A stretch of 61,571 nucleotides of DNA, the filler included, from Globobulimina sp. (Eukaryota): NCBI GenBank assembly GCA_003354225.1. It is 19 parts of 19 records of this genome, joined end to end, with 100 filler letters (N's around TTAATTAATTAA, not from the genome) between each part and the next. Parts side by side here need not be neighbours in the genome. Positions count along the whole stretch, not along the records: positions 22,737 to 25,882 come from PIVH01003583.1; positions 25,983 to 29,128 come from PIVH01003584.1; positions 29,229 to 32,373 come from PIVH01003585.1; positions 32,474 to 35,618 come from PIVH01003586.1; 15 more parts are not named here. One strand, 5' to 3'. The notes under the pieces are model-generated. The model saw nothing but the letters and a program-made list of their open reading frames with translations, was not told the DNA's origin and searched no databases. This document shows, one piece after another, positions 22,737-35,350 of this stretch. Each line of letters begins with the position of its first letter. The stretch's first letter is position 1. Made by a program: the position numbers and the translations under genes.

Positions 22737-25700
22737 AAAATATTATTGTTGATACGAATAAAATTGGGAATAACGTGAATCTTCCATAACGAATCACGTT
22801 CAATATCTTCATTCTTTCGGATTTTATCAATTTCGCCACTAAATTTGAAGGAGCTCAACGAAAAAGTGATCGCGTTGGACGGTATACTGTCATTATGGTA
22901 CCACAAATGTATGCTCGTTTTATTGATCAAAATATGATTAATCCATATTCCAGCCACCATTTTACCAAAACTGCTCTCATTTTTGCTCCTTTTTGCAAAT
23001 AATGCTTTGCATCGATGTCGTTTATATCGAAACTTATCATATCCATATTTTTTACAGGAATGAACCGTCGGAAATGCAAATTTCTTTGCAAACGATTTCG
23101 AAAATGAAAATAATGAACGTATCAATGGCTGATATAAATTAATTGTAATTTCCTGCACAATGCTCAACGACAGACTTAATGTAATGTCCTTTGTTCGAAA
23201 CGAATCAAAAATATCATATTGTTCTGGTGCTGGTATTTCAGTATTTTCTGTGCCTAAAATATTCTGCGGCAATTTGGCTTTCGTTCCCATGATTTTGCGG
23301 TATGTTTCATCAGAGTCAATATCATGTTTCATAGCAAAGGGATAAACCCAATGATCTTCAATCTTTTCCTGATCATCGACATTTTTATTGCTACTCCAAA
23401 GTATTCCTGAATTCATGATTAGTTGAGGTATAATTAGCAATGGCGAATATTTGTGTTTATCATTGAATTCATCGATATCTACGCACATATTATTAAGGCA
23501 TATTTTGCAATGTGAGTTATGAATGATGCCTTTCATGGAACTTATATTTAAATTAATTGTCGTTGAGGGCAATGATAAAGAGACACTTTCACTCACTAAT
23601 TTTATGAAAATATGTTTAAAGTCCAATACCATCCGACCCATAAATAAAAATCTTAACAAATCCCAAACTGGCAAATCACTGCCAAATTCATCTAAGAGTT
23701 CTGGCACAATTCGGGGAAATTCGAACATTCGACTCATTATATCATTTAATGCAAATATATACTTTGGATAATGGGTAATATTCATTTTCTGTGCTTTTAT
23801 CTCGAAATCGTGAAATAATTTGAAGGGCACTTTGCTGCGAATAATTCTTATATTTCCCAGCAATTTCCCGCCTAAATCTGTGTTAAAAATGGTAAATATG
23901 ACAAATTGTTGACAAAATTTTGAAGCGAAAGTAAGGAATATAACTTAGACAATGTTTTATAGGAATAATTTGCGAAAATAAATATTTTTGGAGCGTATAA
24001 TGTCTGGCAATAATCATAGCTGCATTCATAGAGATATTCTGTATGTCAGCCATTGCAAATTCAAAATTGCGCAGCATAACCTGTACTGAATTAATTTTTG
24101 TCCACATATATCTACCAACCAATGAACTAAATGCATTTTTCAAATGATTGGTATTTAATTTTGTTGATGTATCTAAATTGCACATACAATTAAATACATT
24201 ATCAATATCATAAAAATTGCCATATTTATCTTCTTTATCCCCATTACCGGACAATAAGCCAACAAACGAAGAAATACCTTTTATATTGATCGATAACAAC
24301 GAATCTGTTGGTTTTACCGTATCTCGATAGAGTTTAACATTTTGCATATAATTTTCAGCTAACTGTGACGCATTTATTTTTTTATTGTTTACCAGACATT
24401 CAAAATGAAGTGCATTGATATCGGCTAAATGGCCAATCATAACCGGTTTTAACTGTGATAGAAATGATTCTAAATATTCATCTAAGACACTAATAATTAA
24501 CTCATCCGCTTCAAAAGTAACACCCGTCGCTGGTGTATGTAATGTGCATTCATAGCTGGACCGAAGCGGTTTGCACTTAATTCATTTAAACCAATCATTG
24601 ACTCATACACTGAGAATGTGGCACATAGCTGCGGGAATATTTGATGTTGGAATACATTCGTCCATTCAATGGGTTTATGGTTTGGTGATAATGAATATGG
24701 CAATATAATCCTCGTCTTGTTTTGCAAATAAATATTAATATCTAAAAAATCTGTCATTATCTCATGTTCCTCGTCATAATTTTGTGGATGCAGTACCTCT
24801 CTGACACCGGTTCGGCCAAATATTAATTGCTCGCAATCCATCATTAAAACCTTCAAACAGTCAACATTATGGACAGAAGGCACTGTATCGACTTCGTGGT
24901 CCAACACATAAACTTTCGTATCGCTAATTTGTATTTCTTTGGGCATAAAATCGGAATGAAACACTGCCACAACAACATTCAATTTAAATTCCTCGCATAA
25001 ATTTAATATTAAATTAATATTTTCCGCATGTAATGAGATCCACGTAAACCTATCTTGTAACCACGGTTTCCGTTGAATGTGATACCAATTAAAATACTGT
25101 TTAATTGCATCAAAGTTACCGATAAAACATTGTGGTTTGGGGTCTAATGAACTGAATGCATAGCGCAGGTTTTCTTGCATACTTTCTTCCATTTCTTCTA
25201 TCTCTTCACTTTCGTATCTGGCATACGGTGCGACATTCAATCGATAAAAGTCGTATTTTAAATGTATTGCACTCACAATAACCGGCATAATACATGCGAA
25301 TAATTCCAATTGTAGGCATACATCCCATTCACCATAAATGTCAGTGCCTATAATATCTAATTTAGGCACTTTCCCGTCATGAAAATCGTCAAATCCATAC
25401 AAACGATAGCTATCACAGTTTAAAAAGTTATTTTTCTCACAGTAAAATTTAGTATTTGTCGCTTTAATCATCCATGTAAAATCTGTTGTGGTTAAAGTGA
25501 ATCTTAACTCTCCCTTTATGATTTATTTTGAGTTTGTTTACGAATTTTATTTTTTATACACACAAAAAGCATACCTCAGCCATATCGAAATGAAACAGTG
25601 ATAAATCACTTGTTTTGAGAGCAGATTCTTTTGCAAATTGCATATAATATGGGACATCACAATGCAATGAGTTATATTCAATCTGTATATCAACTGTACA

Positions 25701-25882
25701 AACACACCAATGTTATGTTGATATTATGATAATGGTCAGATATTACTTAACATTTTGTAGATTTCAGAGTTGGTCTACATAGATTACGATCAAATATCTC
25801 TGATTCTGATCCAATTTCGTCACTGTGTAATGATGATAACAATCGCTGTAGCTTTTGCACTGTTGCTATGTATTTATAATGA
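22737..25882 (-). CDS. Internal fragment of a bridge-like lipid transfer protein (FMP27/Hobbit/KIAA0100/SABRE-like), multi-exon
   Basis: Successive ORFs 24497-25471, 23883-24440 and 22737-23863. VQVMLRNFE, LPVWDLLRFLFMG and YDIFDSFRTKDITLSLS resemble the LRDY, WDK.R…HG and D.y.gFRS..l.lS motifs of this family. Confidence 0.6.
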
Positions 25883-25982
25883 NNNNNNNNNNNNNNNNNN
25901 NNNNNNNNNNNNNNNNNNNNNNNNNNTTAATTAATTAANNNNNNNNNNNNNNNNNNNNNNNNNNNNNNNNNNNNNNNNNNNN

Positions 25983-26251
25983 TTTCATGCACAAAAAAAC
26001 GGATTTATTTATCACATACAAGAAGTATTAAAAGCGATCTGTGGCATATTGAGGTGGTTTCGGATCCGAGCCCTATCTCTTTTGGTCCTCGCTGTGGCTG
26101 GTTTTTTCAATGTTTTATTGGATGGTCTTCCCATATCTCGTTCTGATGCGCCAGCGTAAGGATCATCAGTTAGGGTTGGGTCTAGTACTGGCGGTGCGGT
26201 GAGTGGCTCCAGACGATGTGCTATCGATTGTTTAGTTTCGTCACGCGACAT
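25983..26251 (-). CDS. First exon of a hypothetical protein (truncated)
   Basis: ATG at 26251, 79-codon ORF ending at a GTATGT donor-like site near the contig edge. Confidence 0.4.
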
Positions 26252-26311
26252 TTCGTTCTAGTTGGTTACTCCTTGATAATTATTTCCAGTTAAAAAAAAA
26301 CAGTATCTACC

Positions 26312-28347
26312 ATGGCAGGTTTGTAATCACAGTCCAATTACAAAAAACAAGCCATATAAATAACACAGTACGCCCATTACCTGAAACTAAATTAGCAGGA
26401 CAAACCTCACCCAGTTTGATTGCCGCCTCGTCCTCGCGTCCGGGCATTGTAACCCTCGGTAAACGGACTGATAACACTTTCAAACCGTATCTAAGCACTG
26501 TTGAAAATCAAGAAAATCAAATTCCGCCATTACAGCCCATCAAAAACAACAGAAACCAGAAAAAGCCCAAAAAGAAACCAAATTGTAATGAGTTAACCAA
26601 AGAAGAGTCACTGGAATCCACGTATGTTATATCCGGGTGCAAGGATAAAAAAGCAAACCGCCACCACCATGCCACAGTAGATCGTCAACGACAGAAATTT
26701 TAGCCGATATTGAAAAGTCGCATGAGTCCGAACTATGTATGTTAGGCAACGATGACAATCAACAAATATTATTATTGGAAACGAATCACAATCACAAGTT
26801 ATGTGACAATTTCGCATCGACTTTCATGAGCCCATCGCATTTACGTTTGTTTGAGTGGAATTGGTGGATTAACGACATAAATCTGCGCAAATATTACAAA
26901 AACGATGTGACTTTGCATGGACCCAATCTGTATTTAAGTGGGCCTATATACAGCCATCCATATCCTTTATTGCGTGCCGGCAACTTTGACACCATCGATT
27001 TTGAGTATCCGTTGCGAAACATCACGTGTCGGCTACATAGCAATGACTATAATATCGGTGCAATGACATCCATTGTGTCTGAATCCATCCAACAAGACAT
27101 ACATAACTATGCTGCGAGCAACAACCGACTCAATTATACTTGCGATGTGGACGAAGAGTTGGAAAAAGACATTCATTCTTTGAACATTAAGTGGAGTGTT
27201 TCTGGTGCTTTCATTGCGAAGCCTTATACGGAGGCCTTGTATAACAACGACGGCTCTTTTGATATCCAGTTGCATTTTAATTGGAATATCGATTGTATTG
27301 AGAATGACTGTCGGTACAATGTGTTTATATTGCCGTCGCATCCCAGACATAGTCATAAATCGCAAATAGTACAAGTTTTTGACCATGAAAACCAATACAA
27401 TCCGCTTAAAATCTATGCCAAATTTCGGATTTATCCATATCCGCTGAATGAGAGTAATAGTAATAATCGGAAGCGACATCGGGATGATATGGAATATGGC
27501 GAATGTGCTGCGGATATGGATGTGGATGGGATGAAAAGGCGCAAATTGAATGATAAGACATCGTTGCAATTAAGGTTCAATTCGTAAAATTAGCAAAAAA
27601 CATGCATAAATTGGAGTGGTTTGTTGCTAATTTTGTGAATTGAACATATATTTATATAATTTAAGTATGAATGTCAACGAAGAGATGGTGTTTGGAACAG
27701 AGGAAAAAGAGGAATTTGAATGCAAAGAAGTGGATGAAATGAATCGTCATAAACCACTGCAAAAAGAAAAACGATTCAAAAATAAGACAAGTAATCGGAA
27801 AGCACACAATCACAATAAACATAAAACCGTGCAACGAAATGGCAGATTTGTATCGGTGACAATGGACAAAAAAAGGAAAAATAAAAATAGAAATGATAGC
27901 TTCGAGATTGATACCAATGGCATTTATCGGGGGTATTTTCTAGCGATTTTTGTGCCGCGCTCCTCGGAATTGTATCCATTTTGTACTGAGACTATGAATT
28001 TGCAACCTTTTATTCGTGGACAAGTCATATTTTGTGATGCGATCGATGCCGATATCGGGAAACCAGAAAAGGAAAATTACCAATGGTTGGTTCAAAATAT
28101 TGTTAAAACGTACAAGAAAAAAGGCAAAAATTTACATGAATTTGTTCGAATGAAATATGAACAACAACAATATTTTAATCAGAATCAGAATCAGAATCAA
28201 AATAATAATGTACAGCTTTCTCAATCGGTTGTATTTGAGAATGAAAATAATAATTTACCCTCAAAACAAGAAGAGCATCTTACAGAGGTTGTTGATTTGG
28301 TTGCAAGTTCAACTTCTCCTCAACCACCACCTCATTCTGACATATAA
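26312..28347 (+). CDS. Hypothetical (probably nuclear) protein, 4 exons
   Basis: ATG at 26312; introns 26319-26368, 26622-26677 and about 27574/27584-27665 link ORFs 26416, 26739 and 27640. Basic NLS-like tracts. Confidence 0.55.
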
Positions 28348-28397
28348 TGGAACAATAGCATAATTATTATAAATTATTCAGACAATGATTTGTTTGT

Positions 28398-29117
28398 TTA
28401 AATGTCACTCATTGTGGCAGGCGCTTTTCCCAAACGGTACCAAAAAGAATTGGCTCTTTTGATTAATCGGATGAGATATCCAAAGATGGGATTGGTGTTT
28501 GGCGAAATTAATTGTTTGCCTTCAAACAACTGTCTTTGATATTTAATCAAACCGTTACTGTCAATATCCATAATCAGGGTGATTTGGTAAGACTCCTTGT
28601 CGTCCAATTGAATGTTCCTTATTTTTGAGTCAAACCTTAATATCAGTTGTTCCACGATATCATTTGCAAAGTAATATGGATTGTTTTCATCATACACGTT
28701 TTTCCATTCATATTGGATGTCAGTTAGGATGGGATTGGGGATCATGGACATTGCTAAGCGTCGATGCAGTGACAATTCACGAATACCAATCCACCGAAAC
28801 CAGGCGTCTTCTGTGATTATATTGCGATGGAAATAACTATGGTACATTCCGATTGCTTCATCTCTGTAAATGGAGAGGAGGTCTTTGATCATAAATATTT
28901 GCGACAGTGATAAATCTCCATTCTCCTCTCCATCAATCTCGTCATTAAATGGTTGCAATGAGGCACTCAGAGTTGGTCTGTTTGGAAAATAATAATACAA
29001 CAAACATGACTCCAATACACCAACAAAAGCCATTCCGTACGCAAGTTGTTTCGCTCTGTGCCATATTGGGCCGTGGAGAGCCATGAATTTACGGACATAA
29101 AAGCGTGTTCTCGACAT
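28398..29117 (-). CDS. Hypothetical protein with basic N-terminus and one TM helix (possibly mitochondrial)
   Basis: 239-aa ORF with an Arg-rich N-terminus and the hydrophobic segment LAYGMAFVGVLESCLLYYYF. Confidence 0.55.
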   Translation of the reverse strand: MSRTRFYVRKFMALHGPIWHRAKQLAYGMAFVGVLESCLLYYYFPNRPTLSASLQPFNDEIDGEENGDLSLSQIFMIKDLLSIYRDEAIGMYHSYFHRNIITEDAWFRWIGIRELSLHRRLAMSMIPNPILTDIQYEWKNVYDENNPYYFANDIVEQLILRFDSKIRNIQLDDKESYQITLIMDIDSNGLIKYQRQLFEGKQLISPNTNPIFGYLIRLIKRANSFWYRLGKAPATMSDI

Positions 29118-29474
29118 TCACTTGCTTGNNNNNNNNNNNNNNNNNNNNNNNNNNNNNNNNNNNNNNNNNNNNTTAATTAATTAANNNNNNNNNNNNNNNN
29201 NNNNNNNNNNNNNNNNNNNNNNNNNNNNTTATACAAAATGTGGCAAGAAATTTCGGAGCCATGCAATAATTTTAAAACAAGGTTGTATGTACAACTGAAA
29301 CAATATACTGTTGTATGTACAAATCTACAAATACTGTTTCCATTTGACCCTATATTGTTTCTATCTGACAGTATAGCGTTGTCATATGACCGTATATTGT
29401 TTCTATTTGTCCATATTGTGTTTGCAAAGCAATGGTATTTACAGCACAATTGGTACAAAGACAGACGCTCTACT

Positions 29475-30515
29475 TTAAGGTTTGCCGTACGTATTTCTAA
29501 TTTCTTGCCATATTTGCTGATATTTGTGTACCGCGGCCTGTATTGGTATTGGTATTGCTTTCTGCCGGAACAGATGCAACCGATTTATTGGGACCATGGC
29601 CATGCTTTTTATCAACAACACATTGGATTCTCTTTTAATTTGATTAAGCAATAATGGACCATATAAAAATAAATTAAATATACCGCCACAATTTGCAGTA
29701 ACAACTACCCATAGAGCCGTACTAAAGGTTCTTTCCACTGCATGCGTTTTATAGAGAGCATAAGCTAGCCACTGTATAAAATATGCAATTGGATATAAAC
29801 CAATGGTCCGCACAATTCTTGTTATTTTATCTCTCGATTTTTTAGCTGCAGCATTTTCGTGATCTTTGTCAGTTCTTTTTGAGACGGCGCGTAATTTATA
29901 TATAATCGCACTATAATTTATGACCAAAATACACAAAGCGATTAACATCCACATGTCCACCATTAAGATATCTGTGGTGGGGTTTGTTATGCCGCACCAT
30001 GAGCCTTCCACGCCATACACATTGAATATAAAGCCAAATATCAGCACAATGCTAGGGATACCCCAACAAAATATGTGTATGTACAGATTATATTTACCAA
30101 ACTGTGGCTTACTGGACGAAGCATTGAACACTGATCTATTCAGATACAGAGCCACCGCCAATGCCCAGGCCGTCTGACAATTGATAGAATATGGTTTCAT
30201 GCAACCAAATAATTGACATAATGCATTCTCTGAGACATATCCTTGAATGATATTATGTGCGTGGTCGCCGCCATGCATTAGTTCAAATACTAAATCGCAT
30301 ATACTGATAAATATTGGTAACTGCGCGCCAAATGTTAAATTAGCTAATTTGTGATGATATAAAATGCCGGTGACAATAATGAATATACTGGCTACGGATG
30401 ATATGACTGCTGGGATTAATGCTGCTATGTGGATGGTTTCCCATGCACTCAAACATGCTGTGTCAGTTTCCTCACATCCCATTGCAATGTACCACCATAC
30501 ACGATCAGCTGACAT
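29475..30515 (-). CDS. G protein-coupled receptor, cAMP-receptor/GCR1-like
   Basis: Seven TMs with ISICDL, LCQLFG, HIFCWGIP, YGVEGSWCGI, LYPIAYFIQW and GGIFNLFLYG. Confidence 0.85.
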   Translation of the reverse strand: MSADRVWWYIAMGCEETDTACLSAWETIHIAALIPAVISSVASIFIIVTGILYHHKLANLTFGAQLPIFISICDLVFELMHGGDHAHNIIQGYVSENALCQLFGCMKPYSINCQTAWALAVALYLNRSVFNASSSKPQFGKYNLYIHIFCWGIPSIVLIFGFIFNVYGVEGSWCGITNPTTDILMVDMWMLIALCILVINYSAIIYKLRAVSKRTDKDHENAAAKKSRDKITRIVRTIGLYPIAYFIQWLAYALYKTHAVERTFSTALWVVVTANCGGIFNLFLYGPLLLNQIKRESNVLLIKSMAMVPINRLHLFRQKAIPIPIQAAVHKYQQIWQEIRNTYGKP

Positions 30516-31111
30516 CTTTCTTTCTTATATAGGTATAGGTATAGGTGATATGGGCACTTTTTCTCAAAGTGTGTTGAAATGACCTCGACTCATCATACTT
30601 CCAGTCTGAGTCGAAAATATGAAGTGAAAACGATTTTTACTGCTTTAAGAGATCTCGGAGTCGGATTGAATCGGCTAGTAACGTTTCTAATATCATGATA
30701 TATCAAGCAAAAGATTGAATAATCCCATGACGATATATTTGTCAAATAGTAGCAATTTAATTAGTAACAGCTGTGGATCAATCTGTAAGAAAGAGTGTTG
30801 TTGGCAAAGTATCAGAGACAACAATTATATCACATTGGGTTGGTATCCAAGGAGGTTTGACAGCACCTATTCCTCGAAAGTTCGATTCTTTTCAGATATG
30901 ATTCAATTAGGACACTCCAGTAATACTTATGCTCTCCTCTTTCTTTTTTTGCATCCAACAAATTCAACGGATAAATATTAATAATAACATTTTCAAAGGA
31001 TGAATCAAATAAAATGTTGCTCAATTGCGCAATTTTAATTGTGCAAATGAGATTTATAGTTAACTTAAAAAATAGTCCGCAACTGAACTTGCTAAAGGAA
31101 CACGTTATATA

Positions 31112-31768
31112 ATGTCACAAAAGAAAGGTATTCAAAAGAAAGATTTGCTAGATGCGCCAACAAATAGTATGAGTGATAACGTTGCTGAGTTTGAGGAGAT
31201 TGAGGAAACATTGCAAGTAAATGATACCAATAAGAATAAGAATAAGAATAATAAACCTCGCAGGTCCATACGAGCTGAATGTCCACGAATAAAAGGGTTA
31301 CAAAGCAAAGGGAATTTTTTTAGCAAAGCATTACATTATAAAATATATTTGCCGTCTTTGAAAGTAGACATATTTCGTAGCTATGCAGATTTCGAGTGGT
31401 TGTACAAAAACTTAATAGCACACTATGGACATACTTCTGGTTTATTTGTCCCTGCATTGCCAAACAAAATATCCTTAAAAGGAATCAACAAATCACTGAT
31501 CAGTGATCAATGTAAATTAATGCAGGAATTTATTTGTGATGTATTTAAACATTCGAACTTGTATAATGATCAAAGCTCTGTACATTTTTTAAATCCACAT
31601 AAAAATCAAAGTTTTGCCAAAATGAGGAAATCTTTCATTGCAAAAGACGACAATGACATGAAAGAAATCCAAAATGAAGATGGTGATGATAGTAACGATG
31701 ATGAAATACATTATACCGATAGAAATGTCAAAAAATCAAAAAAAAAAACACATTTACATCCGTTGTGA
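31112..31768 (+). CDS. PX (phox homology) domain protein
   Basis: LHYKIY…IFRSYADFEWLYKNL…FVPALPNK…LMQEFICDV…VHFL. Confidence 0.8.
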   Translation: MSQKKGIQKKDLLDAPTNSMSDNVAEFEEIEETLQVNDTNKNKNKNNKPRRSIRAECPRIKGLQSKGNFFSKALHYKIYLPSLKVDIFRSYADFEWLYKNLIAHYGHTSGLFVPALPNKISLKGINKSLISDQCKLMQEFICDVFKHSNLYNDQSSVHFLNPHKNQSFAKMRKSFIAKDDNDMKEIQNEDGDDSNDDEIHYTDRNVKKSKKKTHLHPL

Positions 31769-31941
31769 TATTTACATCCGTTTGTACTGTAATTGTATGC
31801 AGCAAATTCGTGTGAAACGTTTCTATCAATTGTTTGCCTGCAAAATCTTAACAATTAATATTATTATGTGGCACGTTGTAACGTATTATACACTGTTTAC
31901 ATTTTGAGTCTCAATGAGAAAACACTTCCCCTTTAACATAA

Positions 31942-32373
31942 ATGAAACATGCTCTCAATTACTCAATACCAACGTTGGTTGCATTTTGTTTGTTGATCAA
32001 ACTATCATTAGCTGGCCAACTACCAGTATGCTCAGGAGATAATTATATTTCAATTCAGGCGGGAGTTGACGATACTTGGTGCATAAACACATGCACCCAC
32101 GTCCCACGAGAGTGTCCAGATACACTTTGTGATTGTCCAGATTCATCTGCACCAACAAAACGACCCACAACCACAAGTTCGCCAACACCATCACACACAC
32201 CGTCTCCAACCCCTTCCCAGACACCATCACCTACACAATTTCCAACTCCTTCTCCTTCTCCAACAACCAATCCAACACAAACACCAATTACAACCACATG
32301 GAGCCCTACACAAAGGCCAACGTTAACAATCAGCCCAACAAAAAAAACCACATCCTTTCCAACAGTTTCCCCA
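31942..32373 (+). CDS. Secreted protein with small Cys-rich domain and Pro/Thr mucin-like stalk (3' truncated)
   Basis: Signal peptide, then C…DDTWCINTC…CPDTLCDC, followed by (TPS/TPT)n repeats. Confidence 0.7.
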
Positions 32374-32776
32374 NNNNNNNNNNNNNNNNNNNNNNNNNNN
32401 NNNNNNNNNNNNNNNNNTTAATTAATTAANNNNNNNNNNNNNNNNNNNNNNNNNNNNNNNNNNNNNNNNNNNNTATTTTGTACTCTTTGCATGATCTCAA
32501 TCAGTTGTTTCTCATCAAAATGCAGATAAACCAATGTATCATTGTTTGTCAAGATAACCTTGTTTGGTGATGACAGGATCTGCCATCACTTTTTTTGTTA
32601 TTTTTGCTACTCACTTGAGTTATTATTTAAATCATGGAAAACAGACGCAACTCACAGGGATTACTAGTGTGTTACCACAGCATATATCTCGTCTATGTAT
32701 CAACAGCAGATGTTTTTGTTGGCCTGACAAACTTTGCATGAATTATAGGAAATCGTACATATTTCTACGTCAATTT

Positions 32777-34384
32777 TTATAAAGGCTCAAACAACACTTT
32801 CCCAGAGTTATGTGGATCGATTCTTATATCAGCAAATGGAATATTTGTGCTTAACAAAACGTTTCTAACTTCTTCAAATCTCAAATTTTTTCCAATAATA
32901 ATCGGAATGATGGTGCCCCGTTTAAACGTATTATCAAATAACTTATTTTTAAACACATATTTCAATACAAATTTGGCGGTTTCATTCGAATACAAATGGA
33001 CACCAACCAACAAATCATCCTCTTCCTTCCCACCGATCTCTGAAATTTCCAACAATTTCTCATTTTCTTTATGATGATTTTTGCGAATGCACCACAACGA
33101 TTTTTCCTTCATTTTCTTCTCAAAAAACCTAAGCAATTCCACATCGTCATAATTATAGCCATTTGTCATTAATTTCGTTTTTAACTGCAACTCCGCCAAA
33201 GTTAGGTCAGAAACTGACAAATTACATTCAGACCGCTGATACGGTATAGTTTCATGTATCTGATCCATGCAATATTGAATCAGCTCATTCTGCCTATTTT
33301 CAATCGCATTTTCCAACAATTTGACGTTACAAATTGCTTTCAAACCAAACAAGATATCATTTCCATCCACAATCATATCCGAAATATCCTTAAAATCCTT
33401 TTTAACGCGATTGTGAATGACATATTTATCAAATATTTGGATGGATTTCGAGTGCAAATTGGCATTCATATAACAATTCATAATCGAACACAAAATCACT
33501 TGATTCATTCTCATATCATTTCTTTTCATATATTGCAAGATTTTGTGGCATGACTCGTAATCGCCGTATTTTGCAAATGCTTTTATAATTAATCCGCATG
33601 TCGTTACTCGCGGCTTCACCGCATAAATATTTATCATTTCGTCCCAAATTTGCAAGGCCACCGCCGCTTTTTTATAATTTGCATACAACAAAGCCTTCTC
33701 ACTCAGGGCTAAGCGGTCCGGTTTGATGCCAAATTTATGCACCAGCGCATTCCAGATTTTTTCGCATTTTTTCATCATTTTCTCGGAGTGTTGCTGTCTT
33801 TCTATGTTTTCGGAGTCGTTTAAGTTGAAACGCATTGAGTTGGTTCGGAAGGACTGCATTAAATGAGTCAAGGTATAAATATCCGGGGAAAGTTTGTCTT
33901 TTTTGATCATTCTCTTGAAGTATTTGAGGGATTCATCGATTTGGCCCTCGCATTTGCTCAGTGACAGCAACACCATATTATACTGAATCAAATCGCGCCG
34001 GATCTTATACTCAAACATCAATTCCATTAAATAGATGCATTGTAAATGTTGCTTCAACTCATTGCATTTTTGCACTGCAACTGTGAAAATCGCAGAATTT
34101 AATAAGTCCGGCGTGTCTTGCTGGCTTTTGCGGATTATTGCAATCACATTATTTGAATGGTTGCAATTTGCAATCGAGTCCAAAATGTATCTTCGTTGCT
34201 GAATGAATGATGATTTGGGAGGCAATGAGGAGAGGAAAGATGGATATGGCTCGGATAACACTTGTTCATTGCTTTTAACTTTGGCCATCTTGGCATTGAA
34301 TGTGAAAGCCATGGCCAGTTTGGATGTGTATAAAAGGCGCTGTTTAGGCGCTGATTTGATACATTTTGGGAGTAGTAAATGCAT
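32777..34384 (-). CDS. Pentatricopeptide repeat protein with C-terminal Smr-like domain
   Basis: PPR motifs DLIQYNMVLLSLSK, PDIYTLTHLMQ and TTCGLIIKAFAKYGD. The C-terminal VGVHLYSNETAKFVL…IIIGK…NSGKV resembles Smr (LDLHG…IITG…NxG). Confidence 0.8.
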   Translation of the reverse strand: MHLLLPKCIKSAPKQRLLYTSKLAMAFTFNAKMAKVKSNEQVLSEPYPSFLSSLPPKSSFIQQRRYILDSIANCNHSNNVIAIIRKSQQDTPDLLNSAIFTVAVQKCNELKQHLQCIYLMELMFEYKIRRDLIQYNMVLLSLSKCEGQIDESLKYFKRMIKKDKLSPDIYTLTHLMQSFRTNSMRFNLNDSENIERQQHSEKMMKKCEKIWNALVHKFGIKPDRLALSEKALLYANYKKAAVALQIWDEMINIYAVKPRVTTCGLIIKAFAKYGDYESCHKILQYMKRNDMRMNQVILCSIMNCYMNANLHSKSIQIFDKYVIHNRVKKDFKDISDMIVDGNDILFGLKAICNVKLLENAIENRQNELIQYCMDQIHETIPYQRSECNLSVSDLTLAELQLKTKLMTNGYNYDDVELLRFFEKKMKEKSLWCIRKNHHKENEKLLEISEIGGKEEDDLLVGVHLYSNETAKFVLKYVFKNKLFDNTFKRGTIIPIIIGKNLRFEEVRNVLLSTNIPFADIRIDPHNSGKVLFEPL

Positions 34385-34420
34385 GATACAACTCAAGTTT
34401 TTTTTGTTTGGATTAATCAA

Positions 34421-35350
34421 ATGGAAACTTACCAACAAATCGTCACATCAGACAGTTGTAAACTTTGCATCTTAGGAATTGAGGACGTTTCCTTAGCTGA
34501 TAAACTGATCAACGTACTGCAATATAAACGTGTTTCAGAGCGCCGAGGTGCTTGGCAGAGTGCAGTAAAGAATATAGATGATGCAGTAACATTTTATAAC
34601 TCGCTTTCTGTGTCGTTTATGGTTTGGACTTCCAGGCAAGATGTGCCTTATATGAGTTGTAAAGTTATCAATGCGTTTCTGACAGAACAAGCCTATGAAC
34701 ACAAATCGATAAAATATTCGAATATCATTGCAAACCGTCCACATACTAACTATGATATGTTCATTCGAAGGGTGCGTTATAACCGAAGATCAATTCGCAA
34801 TTTGTATCCAGATGCAAATGATATCGATGAAAAAGAGGAAAAATATTCGAGCATTGAAAAGGTTGATGGTGATATGTTACGGCAACAAATGTTGAAAAGG
34901 AAACATATTATGGCAGCGGACGGATTTATGGTTGTTTATGATGTCCGATATCAGGACAGTTTGGATAAGATACGAAAGCATTTGAAGCACATATTTGACA
35001 TCAAAGGATATTTTGCAATGATCGAGAAAATAAAAAATGATGAAATGTGCTTTTTTCCAGTATCATTGATTGGAGTGAATTTGGATATAATTACGGATAA
35101 AACTCAAACGATCACAAAAACGCAAATTGATAGGCTTTCGATGGAATATTATGTGGACAATGAACGAATGCCTTTGTTTGAAGCAAGTTTGCCCGGTTTG
35201 GGTGTGAATAGTACCAATGCTGTCATCCGTAATGCAATTAAGGGATTGGCACAAATTATTGTGGATTATCATTATTATCAGTCATTGGACGAGGACCAGA
35301 TAAAAAAGTTGAAAGCGAATTCGAAGTCAAATAATTGCTTAATTTTGTAG
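34421..35350 (+). CDS. Atypical Ras-superfamily protein (probable pseudo-GTPase) with CaaX
   Basis: Ras-like scaffold KLCILG, ADGFMVVYDV…SL, PVSLIG and FEAS, ending in CLIL. G1 (GIEDVSLA) and G4 (VNLD) are degenerate. Confidence 0.7.
   Translation: METYQQIVTSDSCKLCILGIEDVSLADKLINVLQYKRVSERRGAWQSAVKNIDDAVTFYNSLSVSFMVWTSRQDVPYMSCKVINAFLTEQAYEHKSIKYSNIIANRPHTNYDMFIRRVRYNRRSIRNLYPDANDIDEKEEKYSSIEKVDGDMLRQQMLKRKHIMAADGFMVVYDVRYQDSLDKIRKHLKHIFDIKGYFAMIEKIKNDEMCFFPVSLIGVNLDIITDKTQTITKTQIDRLSMEYYVDNERMPLFEASLPGLGVNSTNAVIRNAIKGLAQIIVDYHYYQSLDEDQIKKLKANSKSNNCLIL

Noticed and set aside
30585-30614. Short inverted repeat tcgactca…tgagtcga upstream of the GPCR
   Set aside because: Only 8-bp arms; compatible with chance and without supporting context.
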